From the NCBI RefSeq assembly GCF_001194135.2, contig NC_068993.1, forward strand, positions 32,316,358-32,348,803: a stretch of DNA of 32,446 bases, given 5' to 3'. The notes beneath the pieces are model-generated. The model made no database searches. It was given only the letters and a program-made list of their open reading frames with translations, and had not been told where the DNA came from. Source of the stretch: Octopus bimaculoides. Lineage: Eukaryota. A program made the position numbers and the translations under genes. Below are positions 21,853 to 32,446 of the stretch, in pieces; position 1 is the first letter of the stretch, and each line of letters starts with the position of its first letter.

Positions 21853-22370
21853 CTGAGCGAAAAGCCATTAGTGTGTGCGTGATCGTCCATTTACATATGA
21901 ATGTATATACATGTTTGATTGTGTGTATGTGTTTCTACTGATGAAGAGGCAGCGTCGTGTGTGCGCGGATGTGTGTTGGTGTGTGGCTGAACGAAGAGGA
22001 TGTTGGCGTTTACGCATACAACGGACGTGCATGTGTGCATGTTTCTAGAGTAAGTGTTTGGCCGAAGAAAGGATGAAGATGTGTACGTCTTCATGAGTGT
22101 TTTTGGTATATATGTAAAAGGGTGTGTGCGTATGTTTATGAATGTATGTGTGAGTGCGTGTGTGTGCGAGTGCGTGTGTATGTGTGTGTCACTATGTACA
22201 TGCGTGTGTAAGTGTGTGTGAGAGTGCATGTCTATGTGTGAGTGTGTGTGTGTATGTGTATATGTGCGTTTGTATGAATATGCTTGTATCTGCGTGTGTT
22301 CGTGAGTATGTGTGTGTTTGTTATTGTTAATGGTTATCAACAGACAAATAACTTTGTAATACTGTTACGT

Positions 22371-22492
22371 TTGCGTTACGTTCTGAGTTCAAATCCCGCC
22401 GAGGTCGACTTTGCTTTTCAATACCAGCTAAACACAGGGGTCAATATACTCCACTATATTCCGCCACAAAATGCTTGTGGCCTGTTTATCTC
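22371..22492 (+). mobile_element. SINE B fragment
   Basis: CGTTCTGAGTTCAAATCCCGCCGAGGTCGACTTTGCTTTTCA matches the other B copies. Confidence 0.75.
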
Positions 22493-22509
22493 AATCCATG
22501 GTTTTATAC

Positions 22510-24089
22510 CAGTGGTTCTTAACCGGGGTCCACATTACCCTTGAGGGTCCATATAAGATTTTGTTGTTAAAATTTATGCGCAATAACTTGCTTATATTTT
22601 TGCAATATACAAATTATTATAATTTTTTTATATAATTCTTAATAATATTTAATTATAAAAATACGGTAGGGTTTTTTTTATATACAAAGGAGTACCCAAT
22701 AGAAACCGGAATTTTGCAATATTATTTTATTCACTTAGTTCTACATGTTTATACTTTTACTGTCTTCAAAGTATTCTCTATTTGAAGCAATGCATTGGTC
22801 CAGACGCGTTTTCCACTGTTTGAAGCAATCCTAGAACTCTTGCGAAGTGATGCCTTTTAATGCCTCCGTTGTTTTATTCTTCACCTCTTCCACATCTGCA
22901 AAACGTTTTCCTTTGAAGACTTTTTTCATTCGTATGAACAAAAAGTGTTGCAGGGAGCAAGATCGGGCGAATAGGAAGGAAGGGTAAATGAGGTCATGTT
23001 ATTTTGGGTCAAANNNNNNNNNNNNNNNNNNNNNNNNNNNNNNNNNNNNNNNNNNNNNNNNNNNNNNNNNNNNNNNNNNNNNNNNNNNNNNNNNNNNNNN
23101 NNNNNNNNNNNNNNNNNNNNNNNNNNNNNNNNNNNNNNNNNNNNNNNNNNNNNNNNNNNNNNNNNNNNNNNNNNNNNNNNNNNNNNNNNNNNNNNNNNNN
23201 NNNNNNNNNNNNNNNNNNNNNNNNNNNNNNNNNNNNNNNNNNNNNNNNNNNNNNNNNNNNNNNNNNNNNNNNNNNNNNNNNNNNNNNNNNNNNNNNNNNN
23301 NNNNNNNNNNNNNNNNNNNNNNNNNNNNNNNNNNNNNNNNNNNNNNNNNNNNNNNNNNNNNNNNNNNNNNNNNNNNNNNNNNNNNNNNNNNNNNNNNNNN
23401 NNNNNNNNNNNNNNNNNNNNNNNNNNNNNNNNNNNNNNNNNNNNNNNNNNNNNNNNNNNNNNNNNNNNNNNNNNNNNNNNNNNNNNNNNNNNNNNNNNNN
23501 NNNNNNNNNNNNNNNNNNNNNNNNNNNNNNNNNNNNNNNNNNNNNNNNNNNNNNNNNNNNNNNNNNNNNNNNNNNNNNNNNNNNNNNNNNNNNNNNNNNN
23601 NNNNNNNNNNNNNCGACGGACACCCTGAACTAGGTTAGTCTTCAAGCAACAAGTGACCATTCCTAAAGCGTGAAAACCAATCGGATACTTAAGTTTTGCT
23701 CATGGCAGCGTCCTTGCAAGCTATTTAAAGCATGACAGCTGTCTCGGCAGCTGTTTTCCCTCAGTAGAAAACAGAATTTCACGGAAGCACGCTGTTCCTC
23801 CGTTTCAGCCATCGCAAATATCGACGATCAGGGGAGAAATACTGCAAAACAAAGACGCAGAATGTGGCAGTACGACCTCACTCGACGACGCCGGTTGGCA
23901 AACTGATGTCTGAGGGTCGCATCAAGTGGTTTCTAGCGGCGGAAGACTGTACCACAGCGGGCTTGTCCCACAAAGAACATTTTCAATTATTTTTGGGTAC
24001 CCCCTTGTACATTAAATGGCTATGAATATACTGTAGATAAAGATAGAAATCAAAGCGGGCCATTGGCAAAAAATGGTTGAGAAACACTG
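22510..24089. mobile_element. hAT-type MITE (about 255 bp) split by a mariner insertion
   Basis: TIRs CAGTGGTTCTTAACC (22510-22524) and GGTTGAGAAACACTG (24075-24089) match at 13/15; 8-bp flanks TTTTATAC / CTTTATAC. Confidence 0.8.
22685..24007 (-). mobile_element. Decayed mariner transposon, centre lost in an N gap
   Basis: TA flanks; TIRs TACAAAGGAGTACCCAAT and TACAAGGGGGTACCCAAA. ATG at 23812: MAETEEQRASVKFCFLL..KTAAET..WFSRFRNG. C-terminal YSPDLAPC(N)TF..KGKRFADVEEVK..WKTRLDQCIASNREYFE, stop at 22741-22743. Confidence 0.88.
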
Positions 24090-24259
24090 CTTTATACAAT
24101 CTGTAGTCAAATCTGAGAGGTCGGTGGTTCTGTTTATTTAGTTAACTCCAACTAAAGAAGATGATAACATTTGATTAGGGCTGATCTGGGGCTAACTAAA
24201 TCATCATTGCGAACGAGAAATCTTCTATGTAGTCTTTCGACATGTTGGAGATAATAGTA

Positions 24260-24415
24260 AACACTCTTTCAAACAACACCCACCGTCTTTAAAAACAGAT
24301 ATATTAGATAATGTGGTCCTACGTAATCGTAAAGAAACACTGGTGGATGGTCTTAGAATGCCATTTGATCATATGTCTGCTTGACTGGAGCTGACCTGGG
24401 ACAAACAATGAAAAC
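24260..24415 (+). repeat. Interspersed repeat 3' part (probably SINE/LINE-derived)
   Basis: GGAGCTGACCTGGGACAAAC near 24388 resembles GGGCTGATCTGGGGCTAAC near 24178. The family is recognised only tentatively. Confidence 0.35.
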
Positions 24416-24570
24416 AAACAACCGATGTAGCTTTTGTTTTCGTTCTCCTCTTTTTAATCGACATAAACCCCATTTCGCGCGCGCGTATGTGTTTGTTTGT
24501 GTTTCGTCCTAGTATTGACTTCACTGTCATTCGGATTTTGTGGTCAATTATTATTATTATTATTATCATT

Positions 24571-24860
24571 CGTGACTTAGTGAGTAAGGTGTTGCACTCA
24601 CGACCGCTAGATCGTGATTTCAATTCCTGAACGGGTTGATGCATTGTGTGCTTGAGCAAAACACTCCATCTCACGTTGCTCTGCGATCACTTCGGCACCT
24701 GACGCGTGGTACATCATGCAACAGTTCAGACAGCGTCGATTTGATGGAGAGAGTGAGTTAACGTGCGGCACAAGCATTTGATCACAATAAAAAAATCATC
24801 AGTGAAGGTCGTTCGGCAAAAGCTGAACGCTCATACGACGTCTTCGACGGCAGAGTCCGT
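24571..24860 (+). mobile_element. Third tRNA-derived SINE family (family D)
   Basis: A-box-like TGACTTAGTGAG and B-box-like GATTTCAATTCC, followed by TGTGTGCTTGAGCAAAACACT, a segment typical of metazoan tRNA-SINEs. Confidence 0.6.
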
Positions 24861-24882
24861 CATCATCATTATCATTATTATT

Positions 24883-25034
24883 ATGTTCTAAGCTCAAAAT
24901 CCGTCGAGGTCGACTTTGCCTTTTATCCTTTCGAAGTCGATAAAATAAGTACCAGTGAAACACTGGGGTCGATGTAATCGACTCGTCCCCTCCCCCAAAA
25001 TTTCAAGCCTTGTGCCTTCAGTAGAAGGATTATT
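24883..25034 (+). mobile_element. SINE B, 5'-truncated
   Basis: GAGGTCGACTTTGCCTTTTATCCTTTCGAAGTCGATAAAATAAGTACCAG...CTGGGGTCGATGTAATCGAC...GCCTTGTGCC. Confidence 0.85.
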
Positions 25035-25266
25035 ACAGAGGTGCAAGCGTGGCCATAGGAGCAGGCGTACTGCAGGTTTGGTCACAGTCGCACACATGGC
25101 AGTGTANNNNNNNNNNNNNNNNNNNNNNNNNNNNNNNNNNNNNNNNNNNNNNNNNNNNNNNNNNNNNNNNNNNNNNNNNNNNNNNNNNNNNNNNNNNNNN
25201 NNNNNNNNNNNNNNNNNNNNNNNNNNNNNNNNNNNNNNNNNNNNNNNNNNNNNNNGTGTGTGTGTG

Positions 25267-25380
25267 CGATTCAGCAAAAGAAGCAACAGAACAAGTTTTA
25301 GGCTTAAAAAAATAAGTACCGGGGACTAAAAACCTTCAAGGCGATGACCTAGAATGGCTGCAGTCCAATGACTAAAAAAG
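25267..25380 (+). mobile_element. SINE A 3' module after (GT)n and gap
   Basis: TTCAGCAAAAGAAGC...AATAAGTACCGGGG...CCTTCAAGGCGATGACCTAGAATGGCTGCAGTCCAATGACT. Confidence 0.7.
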
Positions 25381-25399
25381 GCTATATGTCTGAGTATAA

Positions 25400-25434
<35 letters not shown>

Positions 25435-26947
25435 GTATTATATGTATTATATATTATGTATGTGCTATATATATTAATTAAATACACGCACGTGCGCGCA
25501 CATTTTGCACAGTCTTCATATTCACAAATATACACACGCAGACATAGTTGCATATATACCCGCGTGTCAATACATGCAGGTATGCTTGTGCACCCGAAAT
25601 TGTATTCGTTCTTACAAACATCCGCTCGCATATAAACTGATGATATAAATTTAAAATAAACCAAATAAATTAAGTGTTGATAAAAATAAAATAACGATTA
25701 AAAACATTAATCGGGCAAAAGTCGGTACACAGCAAGAAGACACTTTGTGGCGATGGTGGGGGTGGATTAGGCAATGTCAGAAAGAACCGGAAGTGGCAAG
25801 AAATCTTTAAAATAGTTTTGGAACGCTAACAAGAATTGACGCTAAGTTTCACAGAAATTGTATCCCATCAAAAGTAAAGGGTTTCATGCGTGTTAAGGGC
25901 GGTTTACAGAGGCTCAAAAGGGATTTTGATGCGTGTTTACTGAGATTTAAGAGTTCTGGCCTTACATGTAAGTCACTGAGATCTTGTTCTAAGATAAATA
26001 TTCTATTTTATTATTTTCTCGTTAGACACAAATAGGGAACAAAGCCTGGGCTGTAAAGCTTCCAGGGCGTGGCTCAGATGAATCCAAGCAATATTGTGCG
26101 TATGATCAGTTGCCTCATTAAGAAACTGCGCATGTATGTGTGTGTGTGTGTGTGTGTGTGTGNNNNNNNNNNNNNNNNNNNNNNNNNNNNNNNNNNNNNN
26201 NNNNNNNNNNNNNNNNNNNNNNNNNNNNNNNNNNNNNNNNNNNNNNNNNNNNNNNNNNNNNNNNNNNNNNNNNNNNNNNNNNNNNNNNNNNNNNNNNNNN
26301 NNNNNNNNNNNNNNNNNNNNNNNNNNNNNNNNNNNNNNNNNNNNNNNNNNNNNNNNNNNNNNNNNNNNNNNNNNNNNNNNNNNNNNNNNNNNNNNNNNNN
26401 NNNNNNNNNNNNNNNNNNNNNNNNNNNNNNNNNNNNNNNNNNNNNNNNNNNNNNNNNNNNNNNNNNNNNNNNNNNNNNNNNNNNNNNNNNNNNNNNNNNN
26501 NNNNNNNNNNNNNNNNNNNNNNNNNNNNNNNNNNNNNNNNNNNNNNNNNNNNNNNNNNNNNNNNNNNNNNNNNNNNNNNNNNNNNNNNNNNNNNNNNNNN
26601 NNNNNNNNNNNNNNNNNNNNNNNNNNNNNNNNNNNNNNNNNNNNNNNNNNNNNNNNNNNNNNNNNNNNNNNNNNNNNNNNNNNNNNNNNNNNNNNNNNNN
26701 NNNNNNNNNNNNNNNNNNNNNNNNNNNNNNNNNNNNNNNNNNNNNNNNNNNNNNNNNNNNNNNNNNNNNNNNNNNNNNNNNNNNNNNNNNNNNNNNNNNN
26801 NNNNNNNNNNNNNNNNNNNNNNNNNNNNNNNNNNNNNNNNNNNNNNNNNNNNNNNNNNNNNNNNNNNNNNNNNNNNNNNNNNNNNNNNNNNNNNNNNNNN
26901 NNNNNNNNNNNNNNNNNNNNNNNNNNNNNNNNNNNNNNNNNNNNNNN

Positions 26948-27014
<67 letters not shown>

Positions 27015-27049
27015 TGTATGTATGCTTTTTATCTGTTTTTGTCTCTATG

Positions 27050-27250
27050 TGTCTGTTTGTCTCCCATCACAGCTTCACAACTGGTGCTGGTGTGTTTGCG
27101 GTCCGTAACTTACCGGCTTGGTAAAAGAAACTGATAGAACAAGTTCCAGGTTTTAAAGAAAACGATACTGGGGTCGATTCGTTCGATTAAATTCTTTCAA
27201 GGCGGTACCCCAGCTTGGCCGCAGTCTAATGATTGAAACAAGTGAAAGAC
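27050..27250 (+). mobile_element. SINE A 3' module after (GACA)n
   Basis: GGTGCTGGTGTGTTTGCGGTCCGTAACTTAC...CTGGGGTCGATTCGTTCGATTAAA...CCCCAGCTTGGCCGCAGTCTAATGATTGAAACAAGT. Confidence 0.8.
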
Positions 27251-27364
27251 CATCATCACAAACACCATCATCATAATTTTCACCGTCTGCCTTATCATCA
27301 TCATCACCATCACTATCACCCCTACCACCACCATCACCATTATCATCATTACCGTCGTCGTCGC

Positions 27365-27398
<34 letters not shown>

Positions 27399-27959
27399 GT
27401 CACCATTATTTTTATGGCCCTTGCCGTAGTTCTTGCCGGACGATATCTTTTATCAAGTTATATTTTTGTTATTGATGTTGTGACTGTTTTGTGTTGTTGT
27501 TGTTGCTGCTGTTATTCAATTTTACGAGGAAAACCGTATCTCTCTGACTGGAAGCGGCGCTCGAACTGTGCTTTTGCATTTCTGCTTTCTCTTTCTCTCT
27601 CTGCTATAAACAGTCACCAGGGCCATATGGCGCCTGCAACTGTTCGCTTTGACCCAACACACATAACAAACCACCGCTACAACAGCAGCAGCATCAACAA
27701 CAACAGTAATAGCAGCATCTATTTTATAGAATAACAATCACTGCTGATAACAAACAACAACAAAAAAAAAACACTTTCATTCAATTTAACGTCGAAAGCA
27801 AATATATTTGCAGTTAAAAGATGAAACGATCTCTTAAGTCCTTTGAGGAGTGTATACATGAATACACACAAACACGCGCACACAAACACATACACGCGCG
27901 CACGCGCACTCACACACACACACATACGCACACACATACACACACACGCACACACATAC

Positions 27960-27995
<36 letters not shown>

Positions 27996-28189
27996 CACGC
28001 ACATATATAACACACATACACACACACATACACACACATACATATATATATGTACATATATGTCTATATTCACATATGCATGTATGTATGTATAAATGTA
28101 TATAACATATACTTTTGTAACAAAGTAGAATTATTTCTCCATCTATAAAGACACTGCAATCGTATTTATCTAACTATCAATTTGTCTGA

Positions 28190-28216
28190 ATAGATAGATA
28201 GATCGATCGATCGATC

Positions 28217-28291
<75 letters not shown>
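28190..28291. repeat. (GATA)n microsatellite with a (GATC)n insert
   Basis: Direct reading. Confidence 0.95.
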
Positions 28292-28293
<2 letters not shown>

Positions 28294-28535
28294 AGTAGTT
28301 CGAGGAGTATGTCTTTTACCTATGCCTTCGAAAAAATATTAAAATTTCAATGAATATTCCACCTTTCTTTTGCTGAATATATCTTAGATCAACTTGACTT
28401 TCGACCAATTTGTGTTTCGGCCAATATGCTTTAGACCAATGAGTTTTCGGCTGATATAATTAGGACAATGTTCTGGAGAAGGTTCTTCCAGTAATCTCAA
28501 ATGATGGAGACAACTGAGGTTAAACAGACATAAAC

Positions 28536-28620
28536 CTTGTAGCAGTACTCAATACCAGGCGAAAATATACCGACAGGTCCGTTGGCAACATTGTTGACCA
28601 AATAATTTATATTTTTGCTG
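28536..28620 (-). CDS. Candidate internal coding exon of an unidentified host gene (85 nt)
   Basis: Minus-strand acceptor TTTTCTGTTTTTCACAG|, donor AAG|GTTTAT. One open frame: SKNINYLVNNVANGPVGIFSPGIEYCYK. No family recognised. Confidence 0.25.
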
Positions 28621-28657
28621 CTGTGAAAAACAGAAAACAATATTTCTGTAAAGTAAA

Positions 28658-28830
28658 GGCGACGAGCTGCAGAATCTTTAGCACGCCTGGCAGAATGCTT
28701 AGCGGCATGTCGTCCGTCTCTACATTCTGAGTTCAAAGTCCACTGAAGTTGAATTTGCTTTTCATCCAGTCGGGACCGATTAAATAAGTATCAGTTGAAC
28801 TATGGGGTCGATTCTGCCAAAATTTGAAAC
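28658..28830 (+). mobile_element. SINE B, near full length, diverged
   Basis: GGCGACGAGCTGCAGAATCTTTAGCACGCC...TTCTGAGTTCAAAG...AATAAGTATCAG...GGGGTCGAT. Confidence 0.8.
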
Positions 28831-29080
28831 CGATATTTCTATGCAATTGCATTTAGCGGAATTTTTACTAATTGTGTACTGCGATTGATAAGAAGACTTT
28901 TTATTGATAAGAATAGGACATTTATTGATTTTATTACCGTATTTTCCGGCAAACTAGTTGATACAATGAAATCATGTAAGGCCTGCAATTATATATGTAT
29001 GTGTGTGTATGTGTGTGTATATGTATGTATGTATGTATGCATGTATGTATACATATATATATAGATAGATAAATAAATAC

Positions 29081-29118
<38 letters not shown>

Positions 29119-29659
29119 CTACATTTATATACATACATACATGCATACATACATACATACATACATACATACATACATACATACATACATACGTACATAC
29201 ATACACACATACATACACACACACACACACACATATATAGTTTAAAGTAGTGAACCACAACAAATATCATTGATGAGGAACATTCTTCCACTGTCTAACC
29301 TATATTTCTCCGATGACAGTATACCCAACTTAAAGAGTTTTCGCTTCATACGATGCTCCAATAGCTGGGATATTTTTTACCATTCGTTTTACCATTCGTT
29401 ATGTATCTAAGTTTTTAGATTGAATTAAATGAAATCAAATGTCCTCATCCTGCCTTGAATAATTCTTTGCTTTTCCTCACTACTTTAACCAAGACATACT
29501 GACTCAAAGGGAAGCTACCATTAGCCGCTTTTTGAAAAAGACAATCACACAGCTACAACTTCAACCGCTGCTCTACCTGAAATTTTGGTGACATACCTAT
29601 TTGTGCACTCAGAATGCATACCTAGTAATTTGACTCATCTTGACGTAAACACCTCATAT

Positions 29660-29704
<45 letters not shown>

Positions 29705-31168
29705 NNNNNNNNNNNNNNNNNNNNNNNNNNNNNNNNNNNNNNNNNNNNNNNNNNNNNNNNNNNNNNNNNNNNNNNNNNNNNNNNNNNNNNNNNNNNNNNN
29801 NNNNNNNNNNNNNNNNNNNNNNNNNNNNNNNNNNNNNNNNNNNNNNNNNNNNNNNNNNNNNNNNNNNNNNNNNNNNNNNNNNNNNNNNNNNNNNNNNNNN
29901 NNNNNNNNNNNNNNNNNNNNNNNNNNNNNNNNNNNNNNNNNNNNNNNNNNNNNNNNNNNNNNNNNNNNNNNNNNNNNNNNNNNNNNNNNNNNNNNNNNNN
30001 NNNNNNNNNNNNNNNNNNNNNNNNNNNNNNNNNNNNNNNNNNNNNNNNNNNNNNNNNNNNNNNNNNNNNNNNNNNNNNNNNNNNNNNNNNNNNNNNNNNN
30101 NNNNNNNNNNNNNNNNNNNNNNNNNNNNNNNNNNNNNNNNNNNNNNNNNNNNNNNNNNNNNNNNNNNNNNNNNNNNNNNNNNNNNNNNNNNNNNNNNNNN
30201 NNNNNNNNNNNNNNNNNNNNNNNNNNNNNNNNNNNNNNNNNNNNNNNNNNNNNNNNNNNNNNNNNNNNNNNNNNNNNNNNNNNNNNNNNNNNNNNNNNNN
30301 NNNNNNNNNNNNNNACACACACACACACACACAGCACACACACATACATACACACACGCAACCACACACACCAGTACACACTGACACATGCACACACATA
30401 AAGATACACACATGCACTAATACATACGCAATTTACACAACTATAAGCAAACAGAATTAAATTGATGATTTGCTCAAATATGTTTGTGTGTGTGTGTGTG
30501 TGTGTGTATGTATATATGTATGCATGTATGTACGTATAAATATATATATATATATATACGGTGTGAGGGATTTGTGGGAAGGCAGGAATGCATATATGTA
30601 TATATCTCTGTGTATGTGTGCATATCTGTTTGTTTCTGTGCATGTATGTATGTGTGTGTGTGTCTATTTGTCTGTCTGTGTCTGTGTCTGTATATCTGTG
30701 TCTGTGCATGTGTATGTATGTTTGAATTGTTATACAAATAAGCGAAATGGCGAATAAAAAGCAAGCTACCTTTTGACAAGCCACCTGACGAGATACATCT
30801 GCATCTATGATGCATTACAATTATTTGTACAGCATCTCACCGGTGAGGTGTCGATGCCTGATTGGTCGCAATGATTGTAGAGAATAAAGGGTCTCATGAA
30901 TTTCATTTTCTTTCTCTCATATTTTTATAAACTCTACAGACACAAAGAAATTCCTGAAGTAAATCTAGTTGGATAGACCTCAACACTGTTGATAACATCA
31001 GCTTATTTGAGCATTCAGAATGCATATCTATTAGTACCAACGCATGAGACTCTCGGACCTTGAGTCACTTTGTTACTTCTACTAAATGTTAATAAAAATA
31101 TACATACACTCATATTTTGAGTTCTATTTTTCTTGTTTACATCAACATACCTATATATGTATCTATCA

Positions 31169-31212
<44 letters not shown>

Positions 31213-31485
31213 ATGTGTGTGTGCATGTGTGTGTGTGTAATATATGTATGTATGTATACATATATATATATACACACGCACACATACGCACACACACACA
31301 CATATATATATATATGTACACACGCACACACACACACACACACATATACNNNNNNNNNNNNNNNNNNNNNNNNNNNNNNNNNNNNNNNNNNNNNNNNNNN
31401 NNNNNNNNNNNNNNNNNNNNNNNNNNNNNNNNNNNNNNNNNNNNNNNNNNNNNNNNNNNNNNNTATATATATATATATATATATA

Positions 31486-32080
31486 TCAGGTCGTCAAGTA
31501 TGAAATTTGGAGTAAGGTATATGGTAAACATTGACAGCTGCTCATCTATTTCTTTATTCTAACTCATTTTGTACTTTATATTTATAAATCGTTTTTTGCT
31601 ATTTTTGTTTAGAGATGGACAAGTCGGAAATTTGTACAGTTTTGAAATATGAGTTCTTTCTTGGAAATACAGCATCACAAACAACTCGGAATATTAATGG
31701 AGTATTTCATTCTAATGTTATTACACAGCAGACAGTATCAAAATGATTTGCAAAATTTCGTTCAGGTAACTTTGACCTAACAAATGAGCAACGCGGTTGA
31801 CCAGAAATAAAGGTGGATAAAGACGAACTAAAAGCCACCGTCGAGTCAGATCCATCTCAAAGTGCCCGTGAATTATAGTTGCTGTTTGGTGTTAGCAAGT
31901 AAACAATATTGGCTCACCTTGTCCAAATCGGTAAAGTGGAAAAGTTGGATTAGTGGGTTCCACATGAACTCAATGAAAATCAGAAACAGAAACGTTTGGA
32001 AGCCTGCATTATGCTACTTCCAGGTCACAAAAATGAATCATTTTTGAATCGAATTGTAGCATGTGAGGAGAAATGGATCC
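31486..32080 (+). mobile_element. 5' half of a decayed mariner (cecropia/Hsmar1-like)
   Basis: TIR-like TCAGGTCGTCAAGTATGAAATTTG after (TA)n. ATG at 31615: MDKSEICTVLKYEF..TTRNIN..FAKFRSGNFDL..HLVQIGKVEKLD*WVPHEL..FLNRIVACEEKWI, with five in-frame stops. Confidence 0.88.
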
Positions 32081-32089
32081 AACTAGTGC

Positions 32090-32187
32090 TTAAAATAAGT
32101 ACTAGTTGAGCACTGGGGTTGATGTCATCGACGAGCCCACTTCCCCAAGATTTTCAGGCCTTATGTCTATTGTAAAAAGGATTATTA
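32090..32187 (+). mobile_element. SINE B 3' fragment at the mariner truncation point
   Basis: AAAATAAGTACTAGTTGAGCACTGGGGTTGATGTCATCGAC...TTTTCAGGCCTTATG. Confidence 0.8.
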
Positions 32188-32411
32188 ATATTGCTGGTGT
32201 TATTGTTGCTTATGCTTATTTAGTATTTTATCTTTGTGTTTCGGTAGAGATGCACAAACACACACAGGCACACCCATACACGCATACATGTGTGCGCATG
32301 TATGTATGCATGTATGTGTATCTACGTACGTATACACACACACAAACACATACATACACCGACACATATATATACGCGCACAGACACAAACATATGTGTA
32401 TTACATTTATA

Positions 32412-32446
<35 letters not shown>

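Noticed and set aside
21937-21960. CTGATGAAG motif
   Set aside because: No downstream GAAA or helices.
26027-26132. Plus-strand AG...GT exon-like segment, with ETS-like CCGGAAGTG nearby
   Set aside because: Stops in all three frames; short motifs alone do not support a promoter.
27590-27660. TATAAA followed by a GC-richer stretch
   Set aside because: No downstream gene evidence; TATA-like words are common in this AT-rich DNA.
960-31562. Long ORFs in the supplied track (poly-X, CV/HT/YI/LS repeats, poly-T/V/H/G)
   Set aside because: They are N-gap read-throughs or translations of di-, tri- and tetranucleotide microsatellites, open in several frames at once.

Overview
Eukaryotic, AT-rich, repeat-saturated DNA with about 5.3 kb of N in 12 gaps, most of them flanked by microsatellites. 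The SINE families and the microsatellite load suggest an octopus (coleoid cephalopod) genome; this is an inference from pattern recognition, not a search result. No intact protein-coding gene, rRNA, true tRNA or CRISPR array is supported, and most ORFs in the supplied track are microsatellite or N-run artefacts. Recognisable content: a 5'-truncated R4/Dong-clade RLE retrotransposon relic with a nested SINE (13-bp TSD); a near full-length DD37D (maT) relic; three mariner relics, one nested in a hAT MITE; a Helitron helicase fragment and a separate Helitron 3' end; at least three tRNA-derived SINE families; and fold-back elements. The most notable signal is six hammerhead-ribozyme-like motifs (CUGANGA...GAAA...NUH). 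Three have an intact core, several have the short palindromic helix III of Penelope-associated minimal hammerheads, and two sit in homologous hairpin elements that show compensatory changes in their helices. One weak host-exon candidate lies at 28536-28620 (-).
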